In this document: piece by piece, positions 1-8,021 of the stretch
Numbering within the stretch: position 1 is the first letter of the stretch
How the letters are laid out: every line of letters starts with the position of its first letter
NCBI GenBank assembly: GCA_021791875.1
Contig: JAJYVU010000072.1
Span: 1 to 17,544 of the forward strand
Direction: 5' to 3'
DNA length: 17,544 nt
Source of the DNA: Acidobacteriota bacterium
GTDB lineage: Bacteria; Acidobacteriota; Terriglobia; Terriglobales; Acidobacteriaceae
Notes under the pieces: model-generated
Seen by the model: the letters and a program-made list of their open reading frames with translations, nothing else
What the model was told of the DNA's origin: nothing
Databases searched by the model: none
Position numbers and translations under genes: made by a program

Positions 1-1367
1 GCTTCGCCTTCCGTCCGTTCAATAATGACCGCACCGCCATTCGCGGCGGCTTCGGAATGTACGATATCACCACCCTCGGCTCCATCTACTACTCGCTGAC
101 CGGCACGCTGCAGGCCGCGACCACCATTTACGCCAACAGCGAAACTCCCAACGGTCCTGCTTACTCCTGGCCCCAGATTTACGCTGGCCAGGGAACAAGC
201 TCAGATGCTGGCGCTTACGGTACCGCCTACTTCGGCACCGCAAACGCAGTGAACTGGAAGGACCCCTATTCTGAGCAGTACACCCTCTCCATAGATCACG
301 AGTTCGGCTCCGGCTTCGGCACCCGCATCTCCTACATCGGCATGGAGACTCATGACCTCGTATGGGCCCCGAACTTGAATGACCTGCCACATTACTCATC
401 CACCCGATCGGCCTATTTCCAGCCTCTCAGCGCGCGCCCCTTTCCAAACTGGGGCGTCATCAACACGCGTGCCGTGGGAGCCAATGCCAGCTATAACTCC
501 TTGCAACTCGACGTAAGCCACCATACCGGCAGCGGTCTCACCTTCGACTCCAACTACACGTGGGCAAAAAACCTCGCCGATAACCAGGGCCCCAACAACA
601 GCGGCTTTGCCGGAGAAACCGGTGGTGCCCGTGCCGAGTGGAATTTCAATCGCGAAATCGACTTCGGCAACGTCTATGGCACCCGCCGCAATCGCTGGAA
701 CACAACCCTCGTCTACAGCCTGCCTTTCGGTCGCGGGCAGCGCTTCGGCACGCACATGAACCGCGCCGAAGATCTCCTGGCTGGTGGCTGGCAAATCAGC
801 AGCATCTTCCTCTGGCAAAGCGGCCCTTATCTCAGCCCATATTTCCCCGGCGGCAACCTCGACCCCTCCGGCACAGGCTCCGGGCTCAGCAGCAATTATC
901 AGGGCGGCTCATACCCGGGCCGTGCACAGCACCCGGATCGGGTTGCTACCGGTCGCGCGCGTAATGCCAACCGCTTCGACTGGATCAACAAAGCTGCCTA
1001 CGTCTGCCCCGGCCAGGAAGGTCACTGGCAATGGGGCAACGTCTGCGACGTCGGCGGCACCACCACAGACGCCAACGGCAACGTAATCGGCATTGCACCC
1101 ATCGGCAGGTTCGGTAATGCACAGGTCGGCTCGCTCGAAGGCCCCGGCACCGTCAACTGGTCCGCTGGCCTTTTCAAGACCTTCGTCATTGCCGGAAATC
1201 TCCGGCTCAGGGCGGAGGGAACCTTTACTAACGTCCTGAATCACCTCAATCTCGGAGATCCCATCCTGGATATCTCCAGCCCGGAATACGGCCAGATCAC
1301 CCAGGCACGCGGCTCCGACTTCGGCAGCGCGCGTAACGGGCAGGTCTCGCTGCGACTGGAATTCTAG
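1..1367 (+). CDS. TonB-dependent outer-membrane receptor, C-terminal portion (5'-partial; the reading frame is open back to window position 3)
   Basis: Frame is open from the window edge (FAFRPFNNDRTAIRGGFGMYD precedes the listed Met at 57). Gly/Asn/Tyr/Ser/Thr-rich beta-barrel-like composition. Ends in ...LRLEF with a terminal aromatic Phe, typical of OMP/TonB-receptor C-termini. Followed by a stem-loop plus T-run. Confidence 0.7.
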   Translation, partial: FAFRPFNNDRTAIRGGFGMYDITTLGSIYYSLTGTLQAATTIYANSETPNGPAYSWPQIYAGQGTSSDAGAYGTAYFGTANAVNWKDPYSEQYTLSIDHEFGSGFGTRISYIGMETHDLVWAPNLNDLPHYSSTRSAYFQPLSARPFPNWGVINTRAVGANASYNSLQLDVSHHTGSGLTFDSNYTWAKNLADNQGPNNSGFAGETGGARAEWNFNREIDFGNVYGTRRNRWNTTLVYSLPFGRGQRFGTHMNRAEDLLAGGWQISSIFLWQSGPYLSPYFPGGNLDPSGTGSGLSSNYQGGSYPGRAQHPDRVATGRARNANRFDWINKAAYVCPGQEGHWQWGNVCDVGGTTTDANGNVIGIAPIGRFGNAQVGSLEGPGTVNWSAGLFKTFVIAGNLRLRAEGTFTNVLNHLNLGDPILDISSPEYGQITQARGSDFGSARNGQVSLRLEF

Positions 1368-1384
1368 CCCTCCTGTCTCCCTGC

Positions 1385-1424
1385 AACCGGCTTCCCATTC
1401 CTTCCGGGAGGCCGGTTTCTTCTT
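1385..1424 (+). terminator. Rho-independent terminator candidate after the TonB-receptor gene
   Basis: aaccggcttccc(1385-1396) pairs with gggaggccggtt(1406-1417), about 12 bp with one G-U pair and a 9-nt loop. Immediately followed by tttcttctt (1416-1424). Confidence 0.5.
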
Positions 1425-1516
1425 CCTCAGGGGTGCCCTTTCTCAAATTTTTTCCAAAAATCCCCGCTTCCTGGCATCTTCCATGTGCCTGTCACCCCTA
1501 ACTTCCGTTAGAATCC

Positions 1517-3124
1517 GTGGCAATGCAGGAACCGGCTTCCATACCGTATACGCTGATCGACAACAGGCTGCGGACCACTGGCACGATTAGCAAATCCCCC
1601 TTCATCTGCGGGCGCCTGCCAGGCAGCGATCTCGTCCTCAGCCATCCCTACGTCTCGCGGCGGCACGCGCAGATCACCTTTGAAGATGGCGCCTATATGC
1701 TCGTCGACCTGGGCAGCCGTCATGGCACTTACGTTAATGGAAAGCTCATCAAAGACCGCTGCCAGCTCCGGGAAGGAGATACTCTCGCCTTCGGCACTCT
1801 CTCCGGGCCGGTCCTTCACTTCGGCGTCAACTCTGCCACGTCCACCTCGACCATCCGCGACATCATTCAGCAAATACCCGAGATTGGCACTGCCAACACT
1901 TCGATCGAGAAGCTGCGCTGGTTCTTCGACGCCGCCCGCAAGCTCACCGGCGAAGGCGGCATGGAGCAGATTCTCGCTGCCCTGCTCGAAACCACCCTCG
2001 AATTGACCGAGGTCGAGCGCGGCTACGTCTTCCTCTGCGCCCCGTCCGGCGAGCTCAAACTCGCCATGGGCCGCAGCCGCGAAGGCACACCGCTCACTGA
2101 CGACGCAACAGTCTCCCACGGCGCCATCCGCGAAGCCCTCAAGACCGCCAGGGAGTTCATCGTTACCGACACTCTGAGCAGCGAGCAACGCACAGAAAGT
2201 GTGGTTGCCCACAGCATCCGTAGCGTCATCTGCATCCCTTTGCGCCGGCATCGCGGCTCCAGCAGTGACCGCGAATCGCAGATCCTCGGCCTGCTCTATC
2301 TCGACAGCCGCCTGCGTCCGGGCACACTTTCCGAGGTGGATAGCAACCTGCTCCGCGCCATCTCTACCGACGCCGCAGCACTCATCGACAACGCACAACT
2401 GGCCATCGCGGAAGAAAACGAGCGCCGTTATCGAGAAGAACTCGACGTCGCCGCAAAGATTCAAAGCAATCTCATGACGGCGAAGCTCCCCAGCGTGTCC
2501 TTCGCCACCGTCGCCGCCCGCTCTGTCCCCTGCCGCGAAATAGGGGGCGACTTCTTCCTTGCCATCGCCAATGAAGATGCCCTCACGGTTGCAGTTGCCG
2601 ACATCTCCGGCAAAGGCATTTCAGCCGCCATTCTCGCCTCCACCATGCAGGGCATGCTGTACGCTCAGCTTCACTCCCGGCTGCCTCTCGACGCCATCGC
2701 CGATGCCATCAACCAGTACATCTGCGACAAGGACATTGGTAAATACGCCACCATGACCATCGTCCGGATCTACGCCGGCGGCCGCACTGAATACATCAAT
2801 TGCGGCCACGTCCCGCCCTTTGTCTGCTCCCAGACCGGCGCCATCCGCCTGCCCGAATCCAACCTTCCCGTCGGCATGATCGAACGCGCCGATTTCCACG
2901 TCGGAGAAGCTCAGCTCGCACCGGGCTCTCGCCTCCTCATCGTCACAGACGGCGTGACCGAAGCCCGTGATACACAGGGCGACTTCTTCGGCGAAGAACG
3001 TGTCGAGCTCGCCATCTCTCACTGCGACAGCATGGATGATCTCTTCCGTCAGGTCCAGGCCTTCTGCGAATCCAACGAGAACGACGACGACTGCACGATT
3101 CTTGAAGTCTGCTACTCCGGCTAA
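1517..3124 (+). CDS. FHA-GAF-PP2C (SpoIIE/RsbU-type) serine/threonine protein phosphatase
   Basis: N-terminal FHA-like segment (FICGRLPGSDLVLSHPYVSRRHAQITFEDGAYMLVDLGSRHGTYVNGKLI). Central GAF-like region. C-terminal SpoIIE/PP2C-like block (GGDFFLA..., VADISGKGISAAILAS, LIVTDGVTEARD). Start is GTG 1517 or ATG 1523. Confidence 0.85.
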   Translation: MAMQEPASIPYTLIDNRLRTTGTISKSPFICGRLPGSDLVLSHPYVSRRHAQITFEDGAYMLVDLGSRHGTYVNGKLIKDRCQLREGDTLAFGTLSGPVLHFGVNSATSTSTIRDIIQQIPEIGTANTSIEKLRWFFDAARKLTGEGGMEQILAALLETTLELTEVERGYVFLCAPSGELKLAMGRSREGTPLTDDATVSHGAIREALKTAREFIVTDTLSSEQRTESVVAHSIRSVICIPLRRHRGSSSDRESQILGLLYLDSRLRPGTLSEVDSNLLRAISTDAAALIDNAQLAIAEENERRYREELDVAAKIQSNLMTAKLPSVSFATVAARSVPCREIGGDFFLAIANEDALTVAVADISGKGISAAILASTMQGMLYAQLHSRLPLDAIADAINQYICDKDIGKYATMTIVRIYAGGRTEYINCGHVPPFVCSQTGAIRLPESNLPVGMIERADFHVGEAQLAPGSRLLIVTDGVTEARDTQGDFFGEERVELAISHCDSMDDLFRQVQAFCESNENDDDCTILEVCYSG

Positions 3125-3240
3125 AGCAGACCCACTGCGTGCGTAACCCGGAACGAAAAGGCCCTGCGTCGCCTTTCCGCCATGAAAGGCCGCACTTGCA
3201 AGAGTTCGGCAGAATATCGAAGCAGCAACTTCACATCTAA

Positions 3241-3352
3241 AGCATTTCCCCTATGACTGTGAGCTTTCTGAATTCAACCAGGCGCAGCTTTTCTTAACGG
3301 AAAAAGCTGCGTTGAGATTCTCTCTTCGGTCTATACCGATAGGGGAAATGCT
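3241..3352. mobile_element. MITE-like miniature element (non-coding): 14-bp perfect terminal inverted repeats flanked by 4-bp direct repeat CTAA
   Basis: AGCATTTCCCCTAT (3241-3254) is the exact reverse complement of ATAGGGGAAATGCT (3339-3352). CTAA lies immediately outside both ends (3237-3240 and 3353-3356). An internal 10-bp stem hairpin, cgcagctttt(3283-3292)/aaaagctgcg(3302-3311), sits in the middle. The element lies in the gap between two convergent genes. Confidence 0.35.
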
Positions 3353-3380
3353 CTAATTGCCTCTGATTTCAGACCCCGCC

Positions 3381-4499
3381 TCAGCGCGCCGTTGTTGTCA
3401 GCAGACTCCAGCAGAACTGCGGTCCGCGCTGCAGCGCAAATCCGGACAATCCCCGCAACCCGATATGCACCGCGAGGAAATCGCTGAAAAACTCCGGCCG
3501 CTCCTCAAATGTCTCCAGTGTCCGCGCTGCAAGCGCAGGAAATCGATCCATCAGCAACAGCAACGCAGCCATCCGATGAGGCAGGCGTCCAATCCTCTGG
3601 TGCGCATGCGAGTACGCCTCCAGATTTCGCTCCGCGATTGCCTTCGCCAACGCCTCCGCCTGCAGAAAACAACTCGCCATCCCTTCACCAGTCACCGCAT
3701 CCACCGAACCCGACGCATCTCCCACGAGCGCCACTGTGCCCCGTTCCACTTCCCGCAGGATCCGTGTTGCCGAAACCGCCCCGCGTTGCATCGAAGCCAC
3801 AGGCGCCGCACCCACCCGCTCCGCAAGCGCCGGAAACTCTTCCAGCCACTCTTCTGCTTCGCGCTGCGGATCGCGCCCTACAAATGCCACGCAAACACAA
3901 TCCTCCGCCACAGGCGTGACATAGGCCTGCCCGTGTTCAGCCCAGTGAACCTCCACCAGATCCGTCCACGGTTCCACCCTGTAGTGCCGCCGCAGCCCAT
4001 AGCGCAGGTCCTCTTTCCGGCAAGCTTCCATGCCGGCCCATCTCCTCACCGTCGACGATTGCCCATCCGCGCCCACCAGGTACCGGAAGCTCAGTTCCTC
4101 CCCATCCACCAAGGCTCGGCTCGGCCCCAGCAACTGGCAATGGGAATTCCACTGGAGCTTCACGCCGCAGGCTTCTGCCCGCTCCGCCAGCCGCGCATGC
4201 AACCGCAGCCGCCTCACTCCCATCCCCACGCCTGCCGAAAATCGCGCCTCGACCGACCGCCGGGAATCGCAGAATCGAATCCCCCTGAATGGCACACCAT
4301 CCGCAGCACCCATCGACACGCCCAGCCGCTCCAGTGCCGCCAGCGCCCCCGGCATCAATCCCTCACCGCACGCTTTGTCAATCGCCGGCGTCAACGCATC
4401 CACCACCGTGACGTCCGCTCCGTGCTGCCGCAGAGCAATCCCCGCTGCAAGTCCCGCAGGACCCCCGCCAAGCACCAGAACTTCGGTAGACATTCGCAT
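3381..4499 (-). CDS. FAD-dependent oxidoreductase (geranylgeranyl-reductase / FAD-binding monooxygenase-like family)
   Basis: N-terminal Rossmann dinucleotide motif VLVLGGGPAGLAAGIAL..VTVVD; about 370 aa flavoprotein pattern. An alternative start is the second Met two codons downstream. An antisense 382-aa ORF on the + strand was treated as a shadow. Confidence 0.75.
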   Translation of the reverse strand: MRMSTEVLVLGGGPAGLAAGIALRQHGADVTVVDALTPAIDKACGEGLMPGALAALERLGVSMGAADGVPFRGIRFCDSRRSVEARFSAGVGMGVRRLRLHARLAERAEACGVKLQWNSHCQLLGPSRALVDGEELSFRYLVGADGQSSTVRRWAGMEACRKEDLRYGLRRHYRVEPWTDLVEVHWAEHGQAYVTPVAEDCVCVAFVGRDPQREAEEWLEEFPALAERVGAAPVASMQRGAVSATRILREVERGTVALVGDASGSVDAVTGEGMASCFLQAEALAKAIAERNLEAYSHAHQRIGRLPHRMAALLLLMDRFPALAARTLETFEERPEFFSDFLAVHIGLRGLSGFALQRGPQFCWSLLTTTAR

Positions 4500-4569
4500 C
4501 TTTGACCCATCAGTCTACCCCTGCGGTTCCACCTCTCGCCGCAGCCCCGGGGCAATCACTTGGATGCCA

Positions 4570-5409
4570 TCACTTTGTCTTCCTATTCCCTCCCGGCAGC
4601 CTGCCCACGCTCTGACCAGCCCCAGCGGCAACAGGCTGCATTGCTGTCTTCCCCGACGGCGCTTCCTCCATCGCGTTCACTCCCGGCGTCACGGTCAGGT
4701 AGTGCACGACAATCGAAACCCGCCGGTTTGACGGATCAAATGGTTTCTGCGGCAGCCGCAGGTCATTGTCACCGTATCCACGCACCTCGGATACCTGGCC
4801 CTTGCGCAGCCCGCTCGACTGCATCAACCGCCGCGCCGCATTCGCGCGGTCCGTCGAAAGATCCCAGTTCGTATACCCGGTGTTGCTCACGTACGGCTTC
4901 GCGTCCGTGTACCCTTCAATCGAAATACGGTTGGGAACCTGCCCCAGTTGCCTCGCCAGCAGCGTCAACATATCCTTCCCGCTTGCACTGAGTTCGGCGC
5001 TCCCGTTCTGAAAAAATGTCCCGTGCTTGGCCTCCATCAGTTCGATACGCAAACCCTCCGGCGTAACCGTCACCTGCACCTGGTTCTTCAGCGGTTTCAG
5101 CGTCGTCCGGGCCTGCATCGCCTGCTCAATCCTCTTCTTCAGATTCCGGATGTCCTGCTTCTTCCACGACAGACTATCCGTCGCTCCATTCCTGTCCGTC
5201 CCCGTTTCGGCCGAATTGCTCAGCGGGTTGCGAAAATACCCCGCCACCGCCTGCTTCACCTGGGGCGTCGTGTTCATCAGCCACAGCACGATGAACAGCG
5301 ACATCATCGCTGTCACAAAATCCGCGTAGGCTACTTTCCAGGCGCCTCCATGATGCCCCGCGTGAGCCGCCTTCTTGCGAATCACAATGATCGGGCGATG
5401 CTTGCTCAT
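4570..5409 (-). CDS. motB: Flagellar stator protein MotB (OmpA-like peptidoglycan-binding C-terminal domain)
   Basis: Classic MotB N-terminus (KKAAHAGHHGGAWKVAYADFVTAMMSLFIVLWL) with a single TM helix. C-terminal OmpA-like motifs (NRISIEGYTDAKPY...STDRANAARRLM, NRRVSIVV). The start ATG overlaps the motA stop by 4 nt (ATGA). Confidence 0.85.
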   Translation of the reverse strand: MSKHRPIIVIRKKAAHAGHHGGAWKVAYADFVTAMMSLFIVLWLMNTTPQVKQAVAGYFRNPLSNSAETGTDRNGATDSLSWKKQDIRNLKKRIEQAMQARTTLKPLKNQVQVTVTPEGLRIELMEAKHGTFFQNGSAELSASGKDMLTLLARQLGQVPNRISIEGYTDAKPYVSNTGYTNWDLSTDRANAARRLMQSSGLRKGQVSEVRGYGDNDLRLPQKPFDPSNRRVSIVVHYLTVTPGVNAMEEAPSGKTAMQPVAAGAGQSVGRLPGGNRKTK

Positions 5410-6305
5410 GCCTGCGCCGCCGCCTCTGCTCCCGCGGTCGCGCCGCCCGAGGCCGCCTCGCCCCGATACGCCGCCTCTACTTCTGCGAAACTCGGCCTCG
5501 CATGAGCCGGAATCGCGCGCCGCCCCGCCTCAATCGCCAGCACCGGTGGTTGTCCCCTCAGGTAGGACACCAGCACAATCCGCATCATGTACAGATACGC
5601 GTGTTCCTCATCCACCAGCTTGCTCATGCTGGAGCTCAGCGGACCGACAAACCCATAGCACATCAGAATTCCCAGAAACGTTCCTACCAGCGCCGACGCC
5701 ACCTTGTGCCCGATCTCCGAAGGTGGCCCATCCAACGCGCTCATCGTGATCACCACGCCCAGCACCGCCGCCACAATCCCTAACCCGGGCAGTGAGTCCG
5801 CCGTCGTCATCAACGCGCCGATCGGCTGCATGGCCCCATGGTGATGCACCTCGATGTCCCTCTCGATCATCTGGTCCATGTCGAACACATCCACGTTGCC
5901 CGACACGGCCATCCGCATCGTGTCGCACACAAAGTCGCGGTAATGGTGGTTCTTCAAAAACTTGGGATAGGCCTTGAACAACTCGCTTTCGTCCGGATTC
6001 TCAATGTCCGGCTCGATGCCCAGCATTCCCAGCCGCCGCGCCTTGTTCAGCAACTCGTAGAGCATCTTCAGCGTGCTCAAATAGGTGTCTTTCCCAAACG
6101 GTGATTTGCCCAATATCTTTGGAATTCCACCCAAAATACCCTTGAGCACGCGCGGCGGATTCGCGATCAGCAGCGTCCCTAGCGCCGCCCCGCCAATGAT
6201 GATCAGTTCCGACGGCTGCACCAGGACCATCAGCGGACCCTTCTCCATCAAAAATCCACCCAGCACCGCGAAAATCACAATGAGGATGCCAACAATGGCC
6301 AGCAT
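5406..6305 (-). CDS. motA: Flagellar stator protein MotA (proton-channel subunit)
   Basis: From MLAIVGILIVIFAVLGGFLME the protein aligns closely with the E. coli MotA pattern (GG.LM..G.L..L.QP.EL.II.GA..G, GM...E.DIENP.ESE.F..YP..L). It has four TM segments with a long TM2-TM3 cytoplasmic loop and the C-terminal PP.A.E.GR......RPSF.E.E motif. A GGAAGGGGGAG RBS lies about 10 nt upstream of this Met. The track ORF begins 26 codons earlier (6383) with a poorly MotA-like extension, which is an alternative start. Confidence 0.85.
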   Translation of the reverse strand: MLAIVGILIVIFAVLGGFLMEKGPLMVLVQPSELIIIGGAALGTLLIANPPRVLKGILGGIPKILGKSPFGKDTYLSTLKMLYELLNKARRLGMLGIEPDIENPDESELFKAYPKFLKNHHYRDFVCDTMRMAVSGNVDVFDMDQMIERDIEVHHHGAMQPIGALMTTADSLPGLGIVAAVLGVVITMSALDGPPSEIGHKVASALVGTFLGILMCYGFVGPLSSSMSKLVDEEHAYLYMMRIVLVSYLRGQPPVLAIEAGRRAIPAHARPSFAEVEAAYRGEAASGGATAGAEAAAQA

Positions 6306-6563
6306 GCTCCCGATACTCCCCCTTCCAGACGACCAACGGGCCTCCAACCAGCCGCAAAGACGCGACCGCCGCCGGGCATTCACGGCGGCTGGTCAGAGAT
6401 TGGCCGTCACTGCGTTTATCGGCGCGGTACCGGGAGCCTTGAACGGTAGGTGGAAATCACAGACGAAGGAATCCGGCGAATCCGTTCGGACACAAAGGAA
6501 GATGACCCCGCAAAAAATCGGCGCAGCGCTGCCCAAGCCGAAAATCGACGAGGACAACCCCAA

Positions 6564-8012
6564 CTATCGCTGGTCGCCCCCCAGCGGCAGACGGATGAGA
6601 AACTCCGTCGAGCCCGGCTGCGACTCAAACGAAATCGCTCCGCCATACTGGCCCGTCACAATGCGATACGCAATGTCCAGGCCAAGCCCCGTCCCCACAC
6701 CCACCGGCTTCGTCGTGTAAAACGGCTCGAAGATATGCCGCCGCGCGCTCTCCGGAATCCCGGGGCCCGAATCACCGATCGCCACCCATACGGCCCCAGC
6801 CTTGGTCCACGTCCGCACCGTTATTTTCGTGCCCGCGGGCGCTGCATCTGCCGCGTTATCCAGTAGATTCGTCCACACCTGGTTCAGCCCGCGTCCGCAC
6901 GTTCGGATGCGCGGCAGGCCCGCCTCGAACTGCTTCTCCACCGTCACTCCCTTGTGACGGAACTTGTGCCCGAGAATCGTCAGCGTGCTTTGCAGCCCTT
7001 CGTGAACGTCCACCTCGTGCATCGTGCTCTTGTCTTCGTAGGCATAACGCTTCACCGCCAGCACCAGGTCCGTGACCCGTGTCAGGCTCTCTTCAATCGT
7101 CGCCAGCGATTGCATGCTCGAAGCAAACCCCTGCAGCCACTGGATCGTCTCGGACAGCGTCTCGGCCTCGAAACTCCCCTGCGTGCACTCGATATCCTTC
7201 CGCCGCCAGCCGGCTTCCACCAGCATTGGACTCAGCTTCCAGGCGTCTTTCACCCCTAACCCTGCAAGCCAGTTGCTCAGCTCTTCTTCGGCGTCCGACT
7301 CTTCGAGCGTGCTGGCTGGTTTCGGCCGAAGATGCATCATCACGTCATTCTGCAGATGCCTCATGCACTGCATCTGCTCCTCGTCCAGCGAAAGCTGGCT
7401 AAGCCGCAAACAAATCTCGGGAAGTGTCTGCAACGCCTCACGCAACTGCGCCGCCGCCCGCCGCGCCGCGCTCCCCGGATTATTCAGTTCGTGCATCAGC
7501 CCCGCCGCCAGCATTCCCAGCGACACCAGCTTCTCCCGCTGCAATTGCAGCGCATTGTATGAACCCAGCCGATGTGCCATGTTTTGCAGGATTGTCTGCC
7601 TGATCGTCGGACATGTACTCAGCAATCGCCAGAATGTCTCCGAATCGATCCGGATCAGTCGGCTGTCTGCCACTGCATGACAAGTCGCCTGCACTTGTCG
7701 CGCACCGCCCAGCAGCGCCACTTCCCCAAAACTCTCGCCACCACTCAGGTGCGCCACCATCGTGCGCGTCCCATCTTCCTCAATCTTGAAGATCTGCACC
7801 TCTCCCTCAATCAGAAGCCAGAAGGAAAGACTGTTCTCCCCATGATTGTAGAAATCCTCGCCCTTCGGGACGCGAAGCTGATGAGCCTCTGTGACACAAC
7901 GCAGATCTTCCGCAGAAAGCTGAGAAAATCCCCTGACTCCCCGTACCAGGGGGAAAAGCTCAACCCCGGTAATAATGCTCGTCTGAATCGCTTGATTTGG
8001 TTGGCTGCCCAT
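6564..8012 (-). CDS. Sensor histidine kinase with N-terminal cyclic-nucleotide-binding (CAP-effector) domain
   Basis: N-terminal cNMP-binding fold (FWLLIEGEVQIFKIEEDGTRTMVAHLSGGESFGEVALLGG). DHp H-box LVSLGMLAAGLMHELNNPGSA. HATPase_c N/G boxes (WTNLLDNAADA; GDSGPGIPESARRHIFEPFYTTKPVGVGTGLGLDIAYRIV). Lies 9 nt downstream of the RR-flavoprotein gene on the same strand. Confidence 0.85.
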   Translation of the reverse strand: MGSQPNQAIQTSIITGVELFPLVRGVRGFSQLSAEDLRCVTEAHQLRVPKGEDFYNHGENSLSFWLLIEGEVQIFKIEEDGTRTMVAHLSGGESFGEVALLGGARQVQATCHAVADSRLIRIDSETFWRLLSTCPTIRQTILQNMAHRLGSYNALQLQREKLVSLGMLAAGLMHELNNPGSAARRAAAQLREALQTLPEICLRLSQLSLDEEQMQCMRHLQNDVMMHLRPKPASTLEESDAEEELSNWLAGLGVKDAWKLSPMLVEAGWRRKDIECTQGSFEAETLSETIQWLQGFASSMQSLATIEESLTRVTDLVLAVKRYAYEDKSTMHEVDVHEGLQSTLTILGHKFRHKGVTVEKQFEAGLPRIRTCGRGLNQVWTNLLDNAADAAPAGTKITVRTWTKAGAVWVAIGDSGPGIPESARRHIFEPFYTTKPVGVGTGLGLDIAYRIVTGQYGGAISFESQPGSTEFLIRLPLGGDQR

Positions 8013-8021
8013 CGCCTCGGT

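Noticed and set aside
1508-2464. 318-aa minus-strand ORF antisense to the FHA-GAF-PP2C gene, plus assorted 60-140 aa internal or antisense ORFs throughout (e.g. 396..818, 2621..3022, 6001..6357, 9855..10577, 13156..13827)
   Set aside because: All are nested in or antisense to well-supported genes, lack RBSs and motifs, and have the skewed composition of GC-rich shadow ORFs.
3357-4505. 382-aa + strand ORF (His/Arg/Pro-rich) completely overlapping the FAD oxidoreductase gene
   Set aside because: Antisense shadow ORF typical of high-GC coding DNA. It has low-complexity composition, no recognisable motifs and no RBS. The minus-strand protein has a clear Rossmann motif.
4570-6305. Possibility that the MotA/MotB-like pair is a Zorya-type (ZorAB) or other defence-system stator
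   Set aside because: ZorA is much longer with a long C-terminal tail. Here MotA is about 300 aa and aligns end-to-end with flagellar MotA, and MotB has the canonical plug plus OmpA domain. No ZorC/ZorD-like genes are adjacent.
6384-6563. Small ORFs (6416..6646 minus, 6450..6866 plus) in and around the kinase-motA intergenic gap
   Set aside because: Arg/Ser-rich low-complexity translations overlapping the 3' end of the kinase gene. More likely this region holds the motAB promoter.
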